Of a stretch of 64,000 nucleotides of DNA, positions 1-12,831 are shown one piece after another. Under the pieces are notes generated by a model. It saw only the letters and a list, made by a program, of their open reading frames with translations, was not told the origin of the DNA and did not search any database. A program made the translations under genes and the position numbers. The DNA comes from Chara braunii. Lineage: Eukaryota; Plantae; Charophyceae. Positions within the stretch are counted from its first letter, which is position 1. Every line of letters starts with the position of its first letter. Location of the stretch: positions 2,309,369-2,373,368 of the forward strand of contig BFEA01000031.1 of assembly GCA_003427395.1 (NCBI GenBank). Reading direction: 5' to 3'.

Positions 1-414
1 AAAAAAAAAAAAAAAAAAAAAGCGGTTAGGAATCTTAGGATTTGTGAAATGACATGTGGTACTACAGATTGGAGTTTCCCGGTTCGTTGTGGGTGGGTCT
101 TTCTTTTTTTTATTCCAACTCTCACAAGCAAATGAGATTTCCATGTTTGTTAATGGTCATAAAGACAACATCCCCAGTAAATGACCAGTGAAGTGTTATT
201 AATCTAGTATATTTTCTGTTGAATTTCCTGCCATCTGGGGGACACCAGGCTTCCAGCGTAGCTACCAGTCACAAGCAAATGAGATTTCCATCTTTTTCAC
301 TGGTCATAAAGACAACATGCCCAGTAAACGACCACAAAGTCTTGACTACCAGAGTAGCCCACAATCACTTGCTCAGGTGGGCCACCCAAAAAAAAAGAAA
401 AATAATTTAAAAAA

Positions 415-2635
415 CTAGGCTACCAGAGTGGCCGGGTCACTTGCCCGCCCGCGCCAAAAAAAAATTAAAATATATATATTTTATATATATATATATTTGG
501 AAAAAAAAATTGTATTCTATATTTGGTGAAGAATGTTGATGTCACCCTGAGGCAAAAGTTGTTCATGTTTTTTTTTTTTTTTTTTTTTTTTTTTTGGAAA
601 AGACATTCAATTTCATTCCAGAAAAAAATTAAGTCGAGGCCAGGGACCTCACAATTCAACCCGGAGTTATCCTGGCAGCCTCAGCCAGTTTCGGTTATAC
701 CAGAGTATTCCATCACATAACTCTTCAATGGTCCCAGCCTACTCCCGGAATTTTTAATTCCTCTTCTTACCTACCTATCCCTCATCCATTCTACCTCTAT
801 GAACGCTACTACTACACTATCCTTCCTACAACTATATCATACACAGACCTACAACCGGTCTGAACCCGGCCTGTTTCGACCGAGAGGAGCGCTTACAGCG
901 TTCCCTTTTGACCCCCTGACACTCTCCAACCCACCCTTGCCCGTTGCAATCTACTGTGATTGCCGACAGGAACCGAGGGTCCTGGTTCTTCGTCATATCT
1001 ACCTACCCTCCCATTATCTTCGTCTAATAAAACTACAAACTTCCTTACCGCCTGTGTTCCTGTTCCTCATGTCCCCAACCAATTTGATAGGACGAGTCGC
1101 CCCCCTGGAGATACTGTTGCAAAGCATGAGCCTTTCGCCCAGGTTTTCAGAAACCAGCTCTGCCCCTTCTCCCTTCCTTTCCTTCCTGGTGCGCCGCCAG
1201 TCAGCTCTGATCTCGTTAGCTAGTATGTGTTTGAAGAGTTCGAACGCCTGTTTATCTGTCAAGCCTTCTCTGTCAAACCTTCTCGCATTCCTATCTTTCC
1301 AAATAACCCACATCATTACTGCTCTTGAGACCTGAGCCATGTAACCCCAGCCTTCGTTACCTGTGCATCCTTCTGGCAGCGCCCCTAATAATGCCCACCT
1401 CTCGTCGCAGAACTTGTTTCTACGTGTAATCTCTTTCCAGTTGAAGAGCCACCACTTCCACCATTTCTGTCACTTAGGACAGTCCCACCATAGGTGCCTA
1501 ACTTCTTCATACAGCCGGTCGCACCTTACGCACTTCTCGTCAATTCTGTCCATACCCCTGTTTTTTAACCATACTGCTGTGGGGACGACCAGGTGGGACC
1601 CCAGGTTCATCTCGTAAAACAATAGTGAACTCGAACGAGCATCTTGGGTAGTTTGTGCTAGCGATCGATATCCCCTCACTTGTCCTTTTCCGGCATGCTC
1701 TTGTCCTGTCAAATTCGCAGTAAGCCAAATGTCCAGAGTGCAGAATTGATTGCACAGGCTCTTTCTTCTTGTTAGAGCCTTTCGTAATTAACTTCAGGTA
1801 ACCGAACGGTCGCCCACATGCTTGCTCCATTGGCGTGCTTATATTGAAGTAGCCAGCCTCCTTGAACACGACCAGGTGGGACTGAAGCCACAGAAGAGAA
1901 GCGAGTTTCTGTGATGGGATTCTCTTGAGCTGATCCCAGAGCTGATGGAGCTCCTCCTTCTTTGGTGGTGGGACATTATGGACTGTCCTTTGCCATCTGA
2001 CTGTCAGTTTCTCTTCTAGGGGGCTGACTCTCTTTCTTGTTACAGCAGGCGGTTTTCTTTCCCAACTTCTCTATCCCTACTATAGTCTGGCTACCACTTT
2101 CCCAACCCCAAGCTTCCGGATCTATTCTAAGCTTCTGATACTTCCTTCCCCCCCAACAATCATGGGTGTCTGCTTTTTTCCTCTCCCATTCCCCTGCACT
2201 CTGCCAAGCCACTGAGCCCATACTTCTCTATTGTTCCAAAAGAAATAAGCTTCGTGGATTCCAGATCCTCCTTCTCAAACACTTGCAAGACGCATTTACC
2301 CTCGCATTCTTCATCCCATTTATCCAGTTTGTAGAATCGTCGATTCTCCGGGTCTTCGGCACAGAACCAGGTCCCTGGTGGGTTTACTCCACTTGGGCCC
2401 AGGAGGTGCTTCCATTCCTGAGGTACTGCTTCCTTGATGTTCCACAGCCTCTCCTCCTGTTCCGGCAGCTGTCCTAGTTTTCCCTTCAGATCATTTGCAG
2501 TTTTCCACTGGTTCAGTTTATTTTTATGCATAACATAGTTTTTTTCGATTTTTTTTTTTTTTTCTCGCTGGAACCTTCCCTTGTCCTTGCACGGGCTGGC
2601 CACCCAGGACCCGGGCGGCCTGGCTAGTAGCCTAG
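415..2635. mobile_element. Non-autonomous TIR element (hAT-like), interrupted by the L1
   Basis: Termini CTAGGCTACCAG...CTAGTAGCCTAG with taaaaaa flanks. Family core gatgtgaccctgaggcaaaagttgttc is shared with 4355 and 5614. Confidence 0.7.
568..2510 (-). mobile_element. 5'-truncated, decayed L1/Tx1-clade LINE (ORF2 C-terminus)
   Basis: Broken frames give the zinc-knuckle region KCVRCDRLYEEVRHLWWDCP and WVIWKDRNARRF. Poly(A) at 568-595. TSD-like gttca(t)gttt at 561 and 2511. Confidence 0.85.
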
Positions 2636-2663
2636 TAAAAAAACATCTTTTTTAAGTATTTTT

Positions 2664-3177
2664 CTAGGGCGAAATCCCGGGCGCCCGGGTCCCGATGCCA
2701 CGCCCGGTTTGATGACCAGGCGACCGGCCGGTCGGAACGCCCGGTCGGGCCCCCAGGCCTGAAATGCGCCGACCCGCAACATTTATTTTTTTTTCGACTT
2801 CGGGCTTCGGGGGGTCGAAGCTGGCTTGCAGAACCCTGCCCGCCAAAAAAAAGAAACTTCGGGTACCTACCAGGTGCTGGGAGCAGTTTGAAATCAGGCG
2901 ATTTCTGGCCGTCGATATTGAAGATCGACAGCCAGAAATCGCCCGATTTCAAACTGTTTCCCCGCGCGATTTCGCGTGCGGGCAGATCCCGAATGCCCCC
3001 GCGAAATTGAGCGGGTGAAGTGTGCTTCGACTCGCTCGTCGGCCCCGCTGTTCCGTGCCATTGTGCCCTGCCGCCGTGCCCTTCTGCAGCCTGCCATCGC
3101 CTTCCCGCCGCCCGCAAGGTAAGTCATCCTTTTCTTCTTCTTCTTCTTCTTCTTTGTCTGTGTCGTCGTCGTTGTCG

Positions 3178-3248
<71 letters not shown>

Positions 3249-3833
3249 CACCTACTCGCTGCCCGTTCGGGCGAGCTTCCGCGTGGCCACCGGCACCCCC
3301 TCTCCCTCCTCCTCCTCCTCCATCTTCTTTGTCACACCTACTTCGTCGTCATTCCGTTTTCTTCTTCTTCTACTTCTTCTTCGTCTTTCTTTCTTCTTCT
3401 TCTTCTCTTCTCCTTCTTCTTCTTTCTTCTTCTCTTCTCCTTCTTCTTCTTCTTCTTCTTCTTCTTCTTCTTCTTCTTCGTCATTTCTTCTTCTCATATC
3501 TTCTTCTTTTACTTCTTTGTCATCATTTCTTCTTCTTCTTTGTCTTTCTTCCTTCTTCATCTTCTTCTTCTTCTTCTTCTTCTTCTTTCTTTCTTTCTTC
3601 TTCTTCTTCTTCTTCTTCTTCTTCTCCTTCTTCTTCTTTCTTTCTTCTTCTTCTTTTTCTTCTTCTTCTTCGTGAAGGCTCCCGACTCCGAATGTTGCCG
3701 CGCGGGGCAAAAAAAAAAGAAAGGTCGCGACTGACGCGCAAGGACTGGCGCGCGCGGCGAATCCCAACACGCGAAGACTGGCGCACGCGGCGAATCCCAA
3801 CACGCGAAGACTGGAGCACGCAGCGAATGCCGA

Positions 3834-3910
<77 letters not shown>

Positions 3911-4321
3911 NNNNNNNNNNNNNNNNNNNNNNNNNNNNNNNNNNNNNNNNNNNNNNNNNNNNNNNNNNNNNNNNNNNNNNNNNNNNNNNNNNNNNNNNNN
4001 NNNNNNNNNNNNNNNNNNNNNNNNNNNNNNNNNNNNNNNNNNNNNNNNNNNNNNNNNNNNNNNNNNNNNNNNNNNNNNNNNNNNNNNNNNNNNNNNNNNN
4101 NNNNNNNNNNNNNNNNNNNNCCCCCCCCCCAAATCCCGAAATCCCCAAAATTCGAAACGACCCCGGATTCGTGCTCATCTCCCAATGCGCAGAACAACCC
4201 CCTGGACCAAAAGAAAAAAAAAAAAATTTAGGCTATTTTTTCACACGACCGGGTGACCTGGTCGTCGGACCTGCCCGGGCATGACGCCCGGGCGACCGGC
4301 CGGTCGTCAGAATCTTCCTAC
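2664..4321. mobile_element. hAT-like non-autonomous element with internal microsatellites
   Basis: 8-bp direct repeat gtattttt at 2656 and 4322, TAGG...CCTA ends, subterminal GC-rich repeats cgaccggccggtcg. Contains (TG)n, (AG)n, (CTT)n, a 33-bp tandem and an N gap. Confidence 0.6.
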
Positions 4322-5591
4322 GTATTTTTTGTTTTGTTTTGGTAAAGAATTTTGATGTGACCTGAGGCAAACGTTGTTCGTTTTTTTTTTAAAGATTTTT
4401 TCGATCTGTTTTTTTTTTTTTTTTTTTGCTGGGACCCACTTTGGCAGTTGCACAGCCGGGCTACCCGGGAAAATAAGGTCACCCGGGCGGCCCGGCTGGT
4501 AGCCTACATAAAAGTATTATTAATTTTGTTCAACTTCCTGCCATCTGCTACTGAATGTCGAAAGCCACTGATGATCAGATTCATGCCTACACCATGAAAG
4601 TTGTGAGTGTACAAGAGGTGTCGAGATTCACAGAGCCTGAGACAGGTGGTTGGGCACTTTCAACAGAGAAGAGCCACCATTGCAGGGGGGGGATGTTATC
4701 AGTTTCAAAGAGACGGCAGTGGCCGATAACAACTTGTACAAGCAGGGCCTCAGGGAGTCTTATCAGAGCGGCTATTGCAGTTTCGAAGAGACGGCAGTGG
4801 CCGATAACAGCTTGTGCAGGCAGGGCCTCAGGGGGTCTTATCAGAGCGGCTATTGCGGGGAAGTTTATCAGGTGTTGGTCACCATGATCAGGTTCAACCA
4901 CCAGTACATGGGCCCAGTTTTTTAAAAACAAGTTGAGAATGCGAATCACGATTGAGCCTCTCCTTAAATTTATGAGACTCGGGACAGGGCCTCCAAAGGA
5001 ACAGTAGGAAAAAAAAAAAAACTCTGCCATGCCCTGCGGTGGCACTAGGCCCAGCCCTGAACAAAAAAAAAAAAAAATTCCGCCAGGCGGGCGCCGGCTT
5101 GTGTCCCCTAACTTTTCAGAGAGAGGCTCTCCCGCGAAAATAAGGTCACTGTTTTCCAGCCTTGAGCGCCCGGGAAAATAAGGTCACTGTCCACTGCCCC
5201 GCCGTTCATTCTAAAGGTAAGCACTGTGTCAGTCTACGGAAGGACACGTGTGAAGAAAATCAAGGCCAACACTGACTTAACCACGAAAGAAAAGTCCCAT
5301 CGGTAGTCTCTTTACGGATGGTACGAAACCTCGTCCATTGCTAGAAGAAAAGGAAGCTGGCGCTCAAGGCTGCAAAATCAGATGTCCATTCTACAAAGGA
5401 CGGCCTACCACTATACCCCTGTATGTGGTAGACTTTTAACTATTGAGACTTTTACACGATGAGCCCTGCCGCAATTGCTGTGAGGCACGTGCCAATACCC
5501 TTATGGAAATCTGTGCGCGAAAAGTTCCCGTGCCGAAAACAAATCCACCTCTCACCTCCTTATAAGTGATGCCAGCCAATTCTATTAGGAA

Positions 5592-5839
5592 CTAGGCTTA
5601 GGTAAGGCGTTTCGATGTGACCCTGAGGCAAAAGTTGTTCAGCTTATTTTTCTGGATAAGGCTGATAAGCAGCATAACATTATTTTTTATTTTTTATTTT
5701 AAAGTTTTTTTATAATTTTTTATTATCTTTTTTAAAGTTTTTTTTTTATATATTTTTTTTGCTGGAACCTTCTCTGGTCCTTGCACAGCCAGGCCGCGCA
5801 GGCAAATGGGTGACCTGGGCAGCCCGGCTGGTAGCCTAG
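5592..5839. mobile_element. Short copy of the CTAGGC...GTAGCCTAG family
   Basis: Same core and right end as 2511-2635 and 4350-4506. Confidence 0.65.
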
Positions 5840-6462
5840 ATGAGGAATATATTTTTACCACTCATGGCAGAGAGGAAAGAGCGGCTTGTTTCATCAGCGC
5901 CGAAGTATGCAGTATACATAGATGACATGGCTGCCACTTCAGGCACACACAAACTCTCTGCAATGATCAATTCCAACCTCAGAGGGAATATGACTTCACA
6001 AGCTTGTCCAGGTTGTAAAGGGGATAATTGGTCGAAAGCGCCCACATGGAAACCCTTTTGAAAAGTGCCTACCAGAAAATGAATCTGGCGCAGGTACAGC
6101 ACCAGGTTCATGATCTGGTAGGAAGGGGCCCAGCAGTCGGGACCCAATCCCAGCCCCCATCCGACAGCCTGTTGCCCATGGACGCTTTTCACCAAGAGGG
6201 AAAAGTTTGGGCGCACTTGCCACCAACTATCCCGTGTACACGTCTCAGAAGAGCCCACCCTTGTGTGCACACGTGCTCGGAGGTCCAGGGTGTAAAAGCC
6301 TCCGAAGAGCCCACCCTTGTGCGCACGTCTCCTTCTACCACTCTCAGAAGAACCTGCACACACACACACACACACACAGATACATGCACACACAATACTA
6401 GGGTATGCACACAACCGTGGGCTCTTCCTAGACTGGCAGTCAGTGGACAAGTTGCAATGTCA

Positions 6463-6563
<101 letters not shown>

Positions 6564-7548
6564 TTCTCCAGTATGCTCTGCCAGACTCAGCTTTTGGCCA
6601 TTCCAAGTCCTTCCTTGGAACTGCCCACCAACTGTGTGGGTGTGGAAATCCAGCAGTCACGCGCCTTGAGAGTTCACAGGTCCGTTTGAATGTGTGTGGG
6701 GATACAGAACGTTTAAATTGGAAAAAGTATAACGCCGTGCAATGCATCCAGATAAAGAAGACGGAGGGTGGTGGTATGGGCTGACGCAGGGGTAGGGAGG
6801 AAAGAGGAGGCGGCAGGGAGGGAGAAAATGGGCAAGGAGGGGGGGGTGTATTGCAACAAGTGAGGGAGCATGGAAGGGGGGCAGGGAGGTAGAGCAAGGA
6901 ACAAAAGAGAGTTATATTCGCTTCGGGAGGGGAGGGAGACAGGGAGGGCGGCAGACAGAGTAACCCAGTGGGGAAATGCCCTAGAAAGTGAGAAACATCC
7001 CCGTTGCCTAGATTCTCCCAAAGTTTGTCTTTCTGAATTGTGTCCATTGCAAGAAGAGGATATTTTTGGAATTTTGATACCCAATCTGTGGTTTGCTATG
7101 CTTGCCTCACTCCTGTGCTGTTTTGCTATGGTTGCGGTTCTCCTGCTTTGCTATGATTGCGGTTCTCCTGCTTTGCTATGACCGCGGTTCTACTGCTTTG
7201 CTATGACCGCGTTGCTAGATCATCAACACTAAGAGTGTAATGTGTCCAGTGTATATTGGAAGTTCCAAGGTATTGATGAGGCAAATACAGTCCAAGTGGC
7301 AACTGAGTTGTGCCTGGCTAAACACTCCCCTTACCTACGGGACCGTTTCCTATGTGACAGGCTCCACGAAGTGGGTAGTTGGTATGAGTATCGACTAAGT
7401 TCATGAACATTTCCAGTAGTAATCTCCCGTTCGGCAATGCCTGGGTTGACAGGAGAGCATATCAGCAGCACAGCGTGAAGCGATGAAAGCAAAACGGGAG
7501 TGCATACTTTGCTGGAGCTTGTGGAACTGCGCCGGTTCCTGTACTTAA

Positions 7549-7749
7549 GCCACCAGTACTTGGCCCATACATCGGGCGCGGCACTTCCCTGTTACCGCGC
7601 CGCACCTTTAGGCCTTCGGGCTACCAGACCACAATGGCTGGAGGCACCAGCCAGAACGAAAATGAAAAGTCGTGCTGGTGGTTCGTTCAGACTTGGTGCG
7701 AAGGGTTCTGCAAGGCTCGGCATCGATAACTGAGCCAAGTACTGGTGGT
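7549..7749. mobile_element. MITE with TTAA flanks (piggyBac-like target)
   Basis: TTAA-gccaccagtacttggc...gccaagtactggtggt-TTAA. Confidence 0.8.
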
Positions 7750-7994
7750 TTAATAAGCCTGACCATCTGTATGATTTATTTCAGAAAGCATAAACCATGT
7801 GACACATGCATTTGTGTACATAGTGGGCTATAATATCCCTCCCCTCCCCGCCCCCCCGTCTTTTACAGCATGCTTTACAGAGAGCACTGCAGCCATCTTT
7901 CAACTGCGTGACACATGCATTTGTGCATATAGTGGGCTATAATATCCCACCCCCCACCCTCTTCTCCCCTTCTTCCCTTTACAGCATGCTTTAA

Positions 7995-8195
7995 GCCACC
8001 AGTACTTGGCCCAGCTATCGATGCCGAGCCTGGAATGCCCCTGCGTGCCGATTTTCGCCGAAGCGCCGGGGTACCGTTTCAAAATTGTTTTGGCTGGCGC
8101 TTCCAGCCATTGAGGTCCGGTACCCCGAAGTCCTAAAGGCGCGGCGCGTTAATGGGACAGCGCCGCGGCCGATAGCTGGGCCAAGTACTGGTGGT
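7995..8195. mobile_element. Second TTAA MITE copy, inverted relative to 7549-7749
   Basis: Same TIRs with reverse-complementary interior. An empty paralogous site lies at about 7865-7900. Confidence 0.85.
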
Positions 8196-8944
8196 TTAAA
8201 GAGTGCAATACTGCCATCTTGTGCATCCCGGTTGATCAACCAGTCCCGCAAGTCCTCTTTTTCACCCACAGCACAACTCCCTTCCCCCCAAAGGTGTGGT
8301 TAGAAATGTTGAAGTGACAGCAACAACATATATATATTTTTTATTATTTATCCTTCTTGCAAACCTCATTTCAACCATGTTTCCACCAGTACCTTACTTT
8401 TACCCATCATGAATTATTATTTATCCTTCTTGCAAACCTCATTTCAACCATGTTTCCACCAGTACCTTACTTTTACCCATCATGAATTCGGTAGAGGCGG
8501 CTTCCTTGAGCACCTTTGTGAAACAGACGACAACTCATTTTATCCCAGTGTTTCCGTGTCTTAGCTTCCCTGCTTTTCTTTCTCTTTTCGATGCTCTTCT
8601 GTGTGGTGTGTAGTTTCTTCTGCTTGGTACAATGGATTGCAGGTGGGTTCGTAATTTCTTCTCGAACTACACGCACAGTTGATAGCAATCATGTGGTGGA
8701 AGGATGCCTTTGGTGAATTCTTCAGGTTGCCAGTTACACTGAGGAGCTTGCACTTCACAGATGTGCTGGCCGTCCTCTTGAAGTTGACGACACAGTATAC
8801 TGTGACAGCGTACGATTCATAGGACGTGCCAAGGGGTGCACAACACCCGCACACATACGCACAAAGAAAAGGAGAGAAAGAAGGAGAAAGAGTTTCAAAA
8901 AGAAGCATAAAGAGAGTGAGGTAAGAAGGTGTGAGCGTCCAGAC

Positions 8945-9029
8945 CTTTGCGGCTCCGTACTGAAAAGTAAAAGTCTCTCCAACATCGTCCTTTCCCTCAT
9001 TTCCGTAGCCCAAGGAGTCCACGTAGTAC
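8945..9029 (-). CDS. FKBP-type PPIase, internal exon C
   Basis: Acceptor ctattggcag|, donor AAG|GTCTGG. Encodes YYVDSLGYGNEGKDDVGETFTFQYGAAK (FKBP DS....F.F..G...V pattern). No C-terminal exon found in the window. Confidence 0.8.
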
Positions 9030-9894
9030 CTGCCAATAGAAATCAATAAAGAATGACAATGTTGTCACAGTTCATCCCCACAACATTTGGAGTTTCAGAA
9101 CTAGGTGCCAAGGGGTCACATGTTGGTAAATATCGTCACAGATCTATCAACTGAAAGAAGCCACTTTGCGAAACAAATGAAGAAAACAGCAGACAACATG
9201 AGGCGCACAAGCGTTTCACCCTCTCTTTTTTTTTTTTTTTTTTTTTGAAATACAAAACACAAGGCTCCTTCTATTCTGGGGAGCAACAGTCCGGTTCCTT
9301 TTCCACCTGCAAGTGAAAAAGAATACAAGTTTTACCCAAGTGGACGTCATTGAATACGTCAGCTAAGAAGGATATACCACCCCTCACCCCTGCCTAAGGT
9401 AGCCTCATGGATTACCACCAGCCAACCGATTCCGTCTGCCCCTTCTGTTGCAATACCATTATAATCCCTGCCAACCCGCGGCGGTGCACCGAGAGACCCC
9501 GAGGCAGGGCGTGCCCATATACCTAATGAGACCCGTTTAGTACCGCCATGCAGCGGGCCCGGGCTGCAGTCCATCAGAGGAACACAGCAGAGATCACCCA
9601 CGTGGGCTACGCCATGTGGGGGAATTTGAAATTTGGGCAAATCATGTTCTAATCCCTGGACGTTTGGGGCTGCATCCTCCATGGGACTATGTATATATCA
9701 TCATACAGAAGTGCACGGTGATCCATAGGCCGAGAGGGAGAAGAGGACAACAAATGAGGGGGATTCTGACAGACTGTTTCATCACAGTTTCACGGCCTCA
9801 TTAGGAGCCTGAACCCCCTACAGCCTGCAGAGTTCCCTAATCTCAGTCACATTGCACGGTTTTCCGTTTGAGGCAAGGGTGTGGCATGACCCAC

Positions 9895-9981
9895 CCGTTA
9901 AGTTTATAAATTGTGTAGTAAACAGAGCAGATGCTTCCAAGAGTGATTTCTTCGCCAGTGCCCTTCCTCCTCTCCCTGTAC
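9895..9981 (-). CDS. FKBP-type PPIase, internal exon B
   Basis: Acceptor ctctag|, donor |GTGGGT. Encodes YRERRKGTGEEITLGSICSVYYTIYKLNG, phase 2/2, compatible with exons A and C. Fits the FKBP Y....G.G....G..V.V.Y pattern. Confidence 0.8.
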
Positions 9982-10121
9982 CTAGAGCAATGCAGTCAAC
10001 ATGCACCAAACATCATTTCCACAAGGTCAATTCGTAACTCTAGATGATGGCAGACGCCGAAGCAAATGCTAGAAAAAATTGAAAAAAGCTTTTCTTTCTT
10101 TTGTTTCTCTTTTTCTTTGTG

Positions 10122-10203
10122 TGTATGTGTCATCCTTGCGCAGGGCGGGCCCATACTGCTCTTCTGTGTAGCATTGCAGTTTTTAACGGATGTCGAGAAG
10201 GAC
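10122..10203 (-). pseudogene. U6: Degenerate 3'-truncated U6 copy
   Basis: GTCCTTCTCGACATCCGTTAAAA..CCCTGCGCAAGGATGACACATA followed by an A-rich tail. Confidence 0.8.
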
Positions 10204-10216
10204 AACTTTCTTTCTT

Positions 10217-10249
<33 letters not shown>

Positions 10250-10250
<1 letters not shown>

Positions 10251-10350
10251 TTTGGACCATTTCTCGATTTATGCGTGTCATCTGTGCGCCGGGGCCATGC
10301 TAATCTTCCTTCTCTGTACCGTTCCAATTTTAACGAATGTCCCAAAGGAC
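10250..10350 (-). pseudogene. U6: Full-length U6 snRNA retrocopy
   Basis: GTCCTTTGGGACATTCGTTAAAATTGGAACGGTACAGAGAAG..ATTAGCATGGCCCC..GATGACACGCATAAATCGAGAAATGGTCCAAA, then poly(A). TSD-like GAAAGAAAG on both sides. Confidence 0.92.
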
Positions 10351-12519
10351 CTTTCTTTCATTTCTTAACGAAGAGAAATTCATGAAAATTTGCCACAAAA
10401 GAGAGCCCTTGTGGAGCACAAAGTGCTTTCCAACCCACAGAAAGATTAGGCATTCGATGCATAGCTCTGAAACAAACATCATCTTCATGTGGACTCTCCA
10501 TTGCACCAATCAATAGCAAAATATAAAAAAAAGAAATTCAATCCTCATATTTCAGCTCTGCAGGTTCAAGCAACAGAGAACAGAAGGGGATTCAGTAAGG
10601 ACCTGCCAAACACGGACTGAGACACAGTTGATTTCTGAGTTTTGCGAATGGAATGTATGCCTTGTTGAGTTCCCCGCTTATTGACGAGTTTTCTAAGTCT
10701 GTGTGTGTGCGTGTTTGCTGGTCTGTGTGCCTGTCCGAGTGCTTGTCGATTTCAGTGCGTGTGTGACCCGCAAGGGTACTTGTTCATTCGGGTAGAGCCG
10801 GAAGGGCCGGTGGTTACCTGTGGCCGTGACATTTGAGGGTTGCAGCGGGGAAAACATTGGCGAGAAAGAGGCCCGCGACAAAACACTCAAGTAGCAGGCA
10901 GGCCAGTACCACACCCAGTGGCGTTAGATGTGTCGGGTACTCGAGGCTGAGAAGCAAAAGACCGAAGTTGGCATTTTTAGAGGCCCAGTAGTTGTAGGCT
11001 AGGTCTAGGCGGGGGTACCCAGTCCAAGTAGTCTGAGTCTTGGGCCTGTACGGTCAATATCAGAGTCTGCAATGATGTTTCCCTCTGAAAGGGAGGTGGT
11101 ACCGGTTGCTTGGAGGCCGTGCGCCCTGGTAGTCACCGCCCAAGAGGCAAGCAGGCCACTATATCTCCAGGAGGAGCGAAGTGCTCCTCCTCATTCTATG
11201 GTGTGCAAGTTTGGCGACACACTGGTTGGAGCGCTGCTGGGGGATGAAGGAGCGCCCAGCTCCCTCCACCGTGACTATGGTGGTGGAGCTTGGGCTGGAG
11301 GAGGAAGAAAAGGAGCAGGAAGGGAGAGCGCCAGAGGTACTTACCTGGCAATGGTGGACACCATCTTCATCACCTTGGTGGGCGCTGCATCTGGAAGGCC
11401 CCAGTTGGGGTAGAGCTACACCAAGAAGCTTCGGGGCAGAGTCAGGCATGGCGGCCTGAGCCAGCGCAGCCATAACTGCTTTGAGTTGTCTTTTGCACAT
11501 CAGGACAAGGCCCTAGCAATCCGCCATAGCCTCGGCCTTCAGGAAGAGGAAGGAGAAGGGTGGCCATGGCTATGGTGGACCTCATGTTGTACCTGCAGTA
11601 GAAGAGGGATTCGGACATTGATTCCGGTTCAGCCATTCAACATTATTATTATTATTTATTGTGAAGAAAGAGGGGAGGAGAAAGGAGGAGGCGAATGGTT
11701 GGCAAGAAGAAGGGATTATCATTGGCCCTTGCTGGTGTACATCTTCTTCTTCTTTCTTTCTTTCTTTCTTCTTCTCCTTCTCCTTCTCCTTCTCCTTCTC
11801 CTTCTTCTTATTTCCCTCTCTCTCCTCTCAAGTTCATTCATTTGTTTTTGAAATTGGACGGCATTGTACTTTCTCATGAATTTGTACTTCGAAATTGGCC
11901 AGGATCATAACAATTCCCTTTCTGTTTCCTTTTTCTTTTTCCTTTTTTTTGGTCTCGGTGGTGTATGCATGAGTTGACCCGGGGGGGCGAGGTGGGGGGG
12001 GGGGGCAGGTTGAGGCAAACGGGGACTGAAGGGGGGAACGAGACAGGGAGCCTGGGAGATGGGCAGAGGTACTAAAGTCTGTCATTGGTTGTTAATTATT
12101 ACTGAGAACACGTGTATTCAAAAGTCTAGGGGACAGCTCGGGAGGAAGAAAAACAAACCAAGGGGCCAGAATGGTGGTGAAATAGAAGGCACACAAAGAA
12201 GGAAAGGCCTCAAGAACTGTCTTTTACAACTGAAAGGGACCATGGCTATGCTGTAGGAGATCAGCGGATCAAAACAGCAAATTATGTTTTTTTAACTTTT
12301 TTTAGTTTTTTTGCACTTCAGACACACACCTTCCTTAGCCTGTCTGGAAACAGGAAATCATGAAATTATGCCAATAGTAGACCCAACACGTGTACCCCGC
12401 CTTCGCCAGACTTTGACGCACAGGTACTAATCAAGTTTCTATTGGCACTGAGGCTGAGTACCTGCTCAAGATTTCTTTTTTCTTTTTTCCTCAACCGTCT
12501 ATTCAAGCATAGGCACACT

Positions 12520-12638
12520 CCGCCTTTTGCCCGAATAGAACGCCCGGTCATCATAGCCGTATCTGGGGCAAAAATGTTCAGTCCAGATGCAGCAATAATG
12601 ACTGCGCGTTGGCGTTCTATTCGGGTGAGAAGAGGGTA
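12520..12638. mobile_element. Hairpin MITE of about 110 bp (CCGTCTTC.CCCGAATA family)
   Basis: cccgaatagaacgc...gcgttctattcgggtga TIRs. Confidence 0.75.
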
Positions 12639-12831
12639 GGCGTCACAGACAACAAAGGACAAGGGAAGGAAAAGGAAAATATCAAGGTCAGGTTAACAGA
12701 GTGTGGTGATGCAGCTTCAGAAATCGTTCGACACGTGGCTTGGATAACGGTCTCACTCCACTGCAATCTTTCACAGACCAAGTCTTTATCATCATGGAAA
12801 ATGTGGCATGAATGGGGAAATAGATGCTCAC

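Larger units (their letters stand above)
341..4507. mobile_element. Outer copy of the same TIR family hosting nested insertions
   Basis: Left end cttgactaccagagt, right end ggctggtagccta. The flanks rejoin into a duplicate of 123-240. Confidence 0.65.

Noticed and set aside
3020-4231. Long ORFs (403, 308, 224 and 217 aa)
   Set aside because: Translations of (TG)n, (AG)n, (CTT)n and an N gap.
11338-11385. U1 snRNA-like TACTTACCTGG
   Set aside because: No U1 loop I/II or Sm site follows. It is better read as a minus-strand CAG|GTAAGTA donor-like sequence in a decayed region with stops in all frames.
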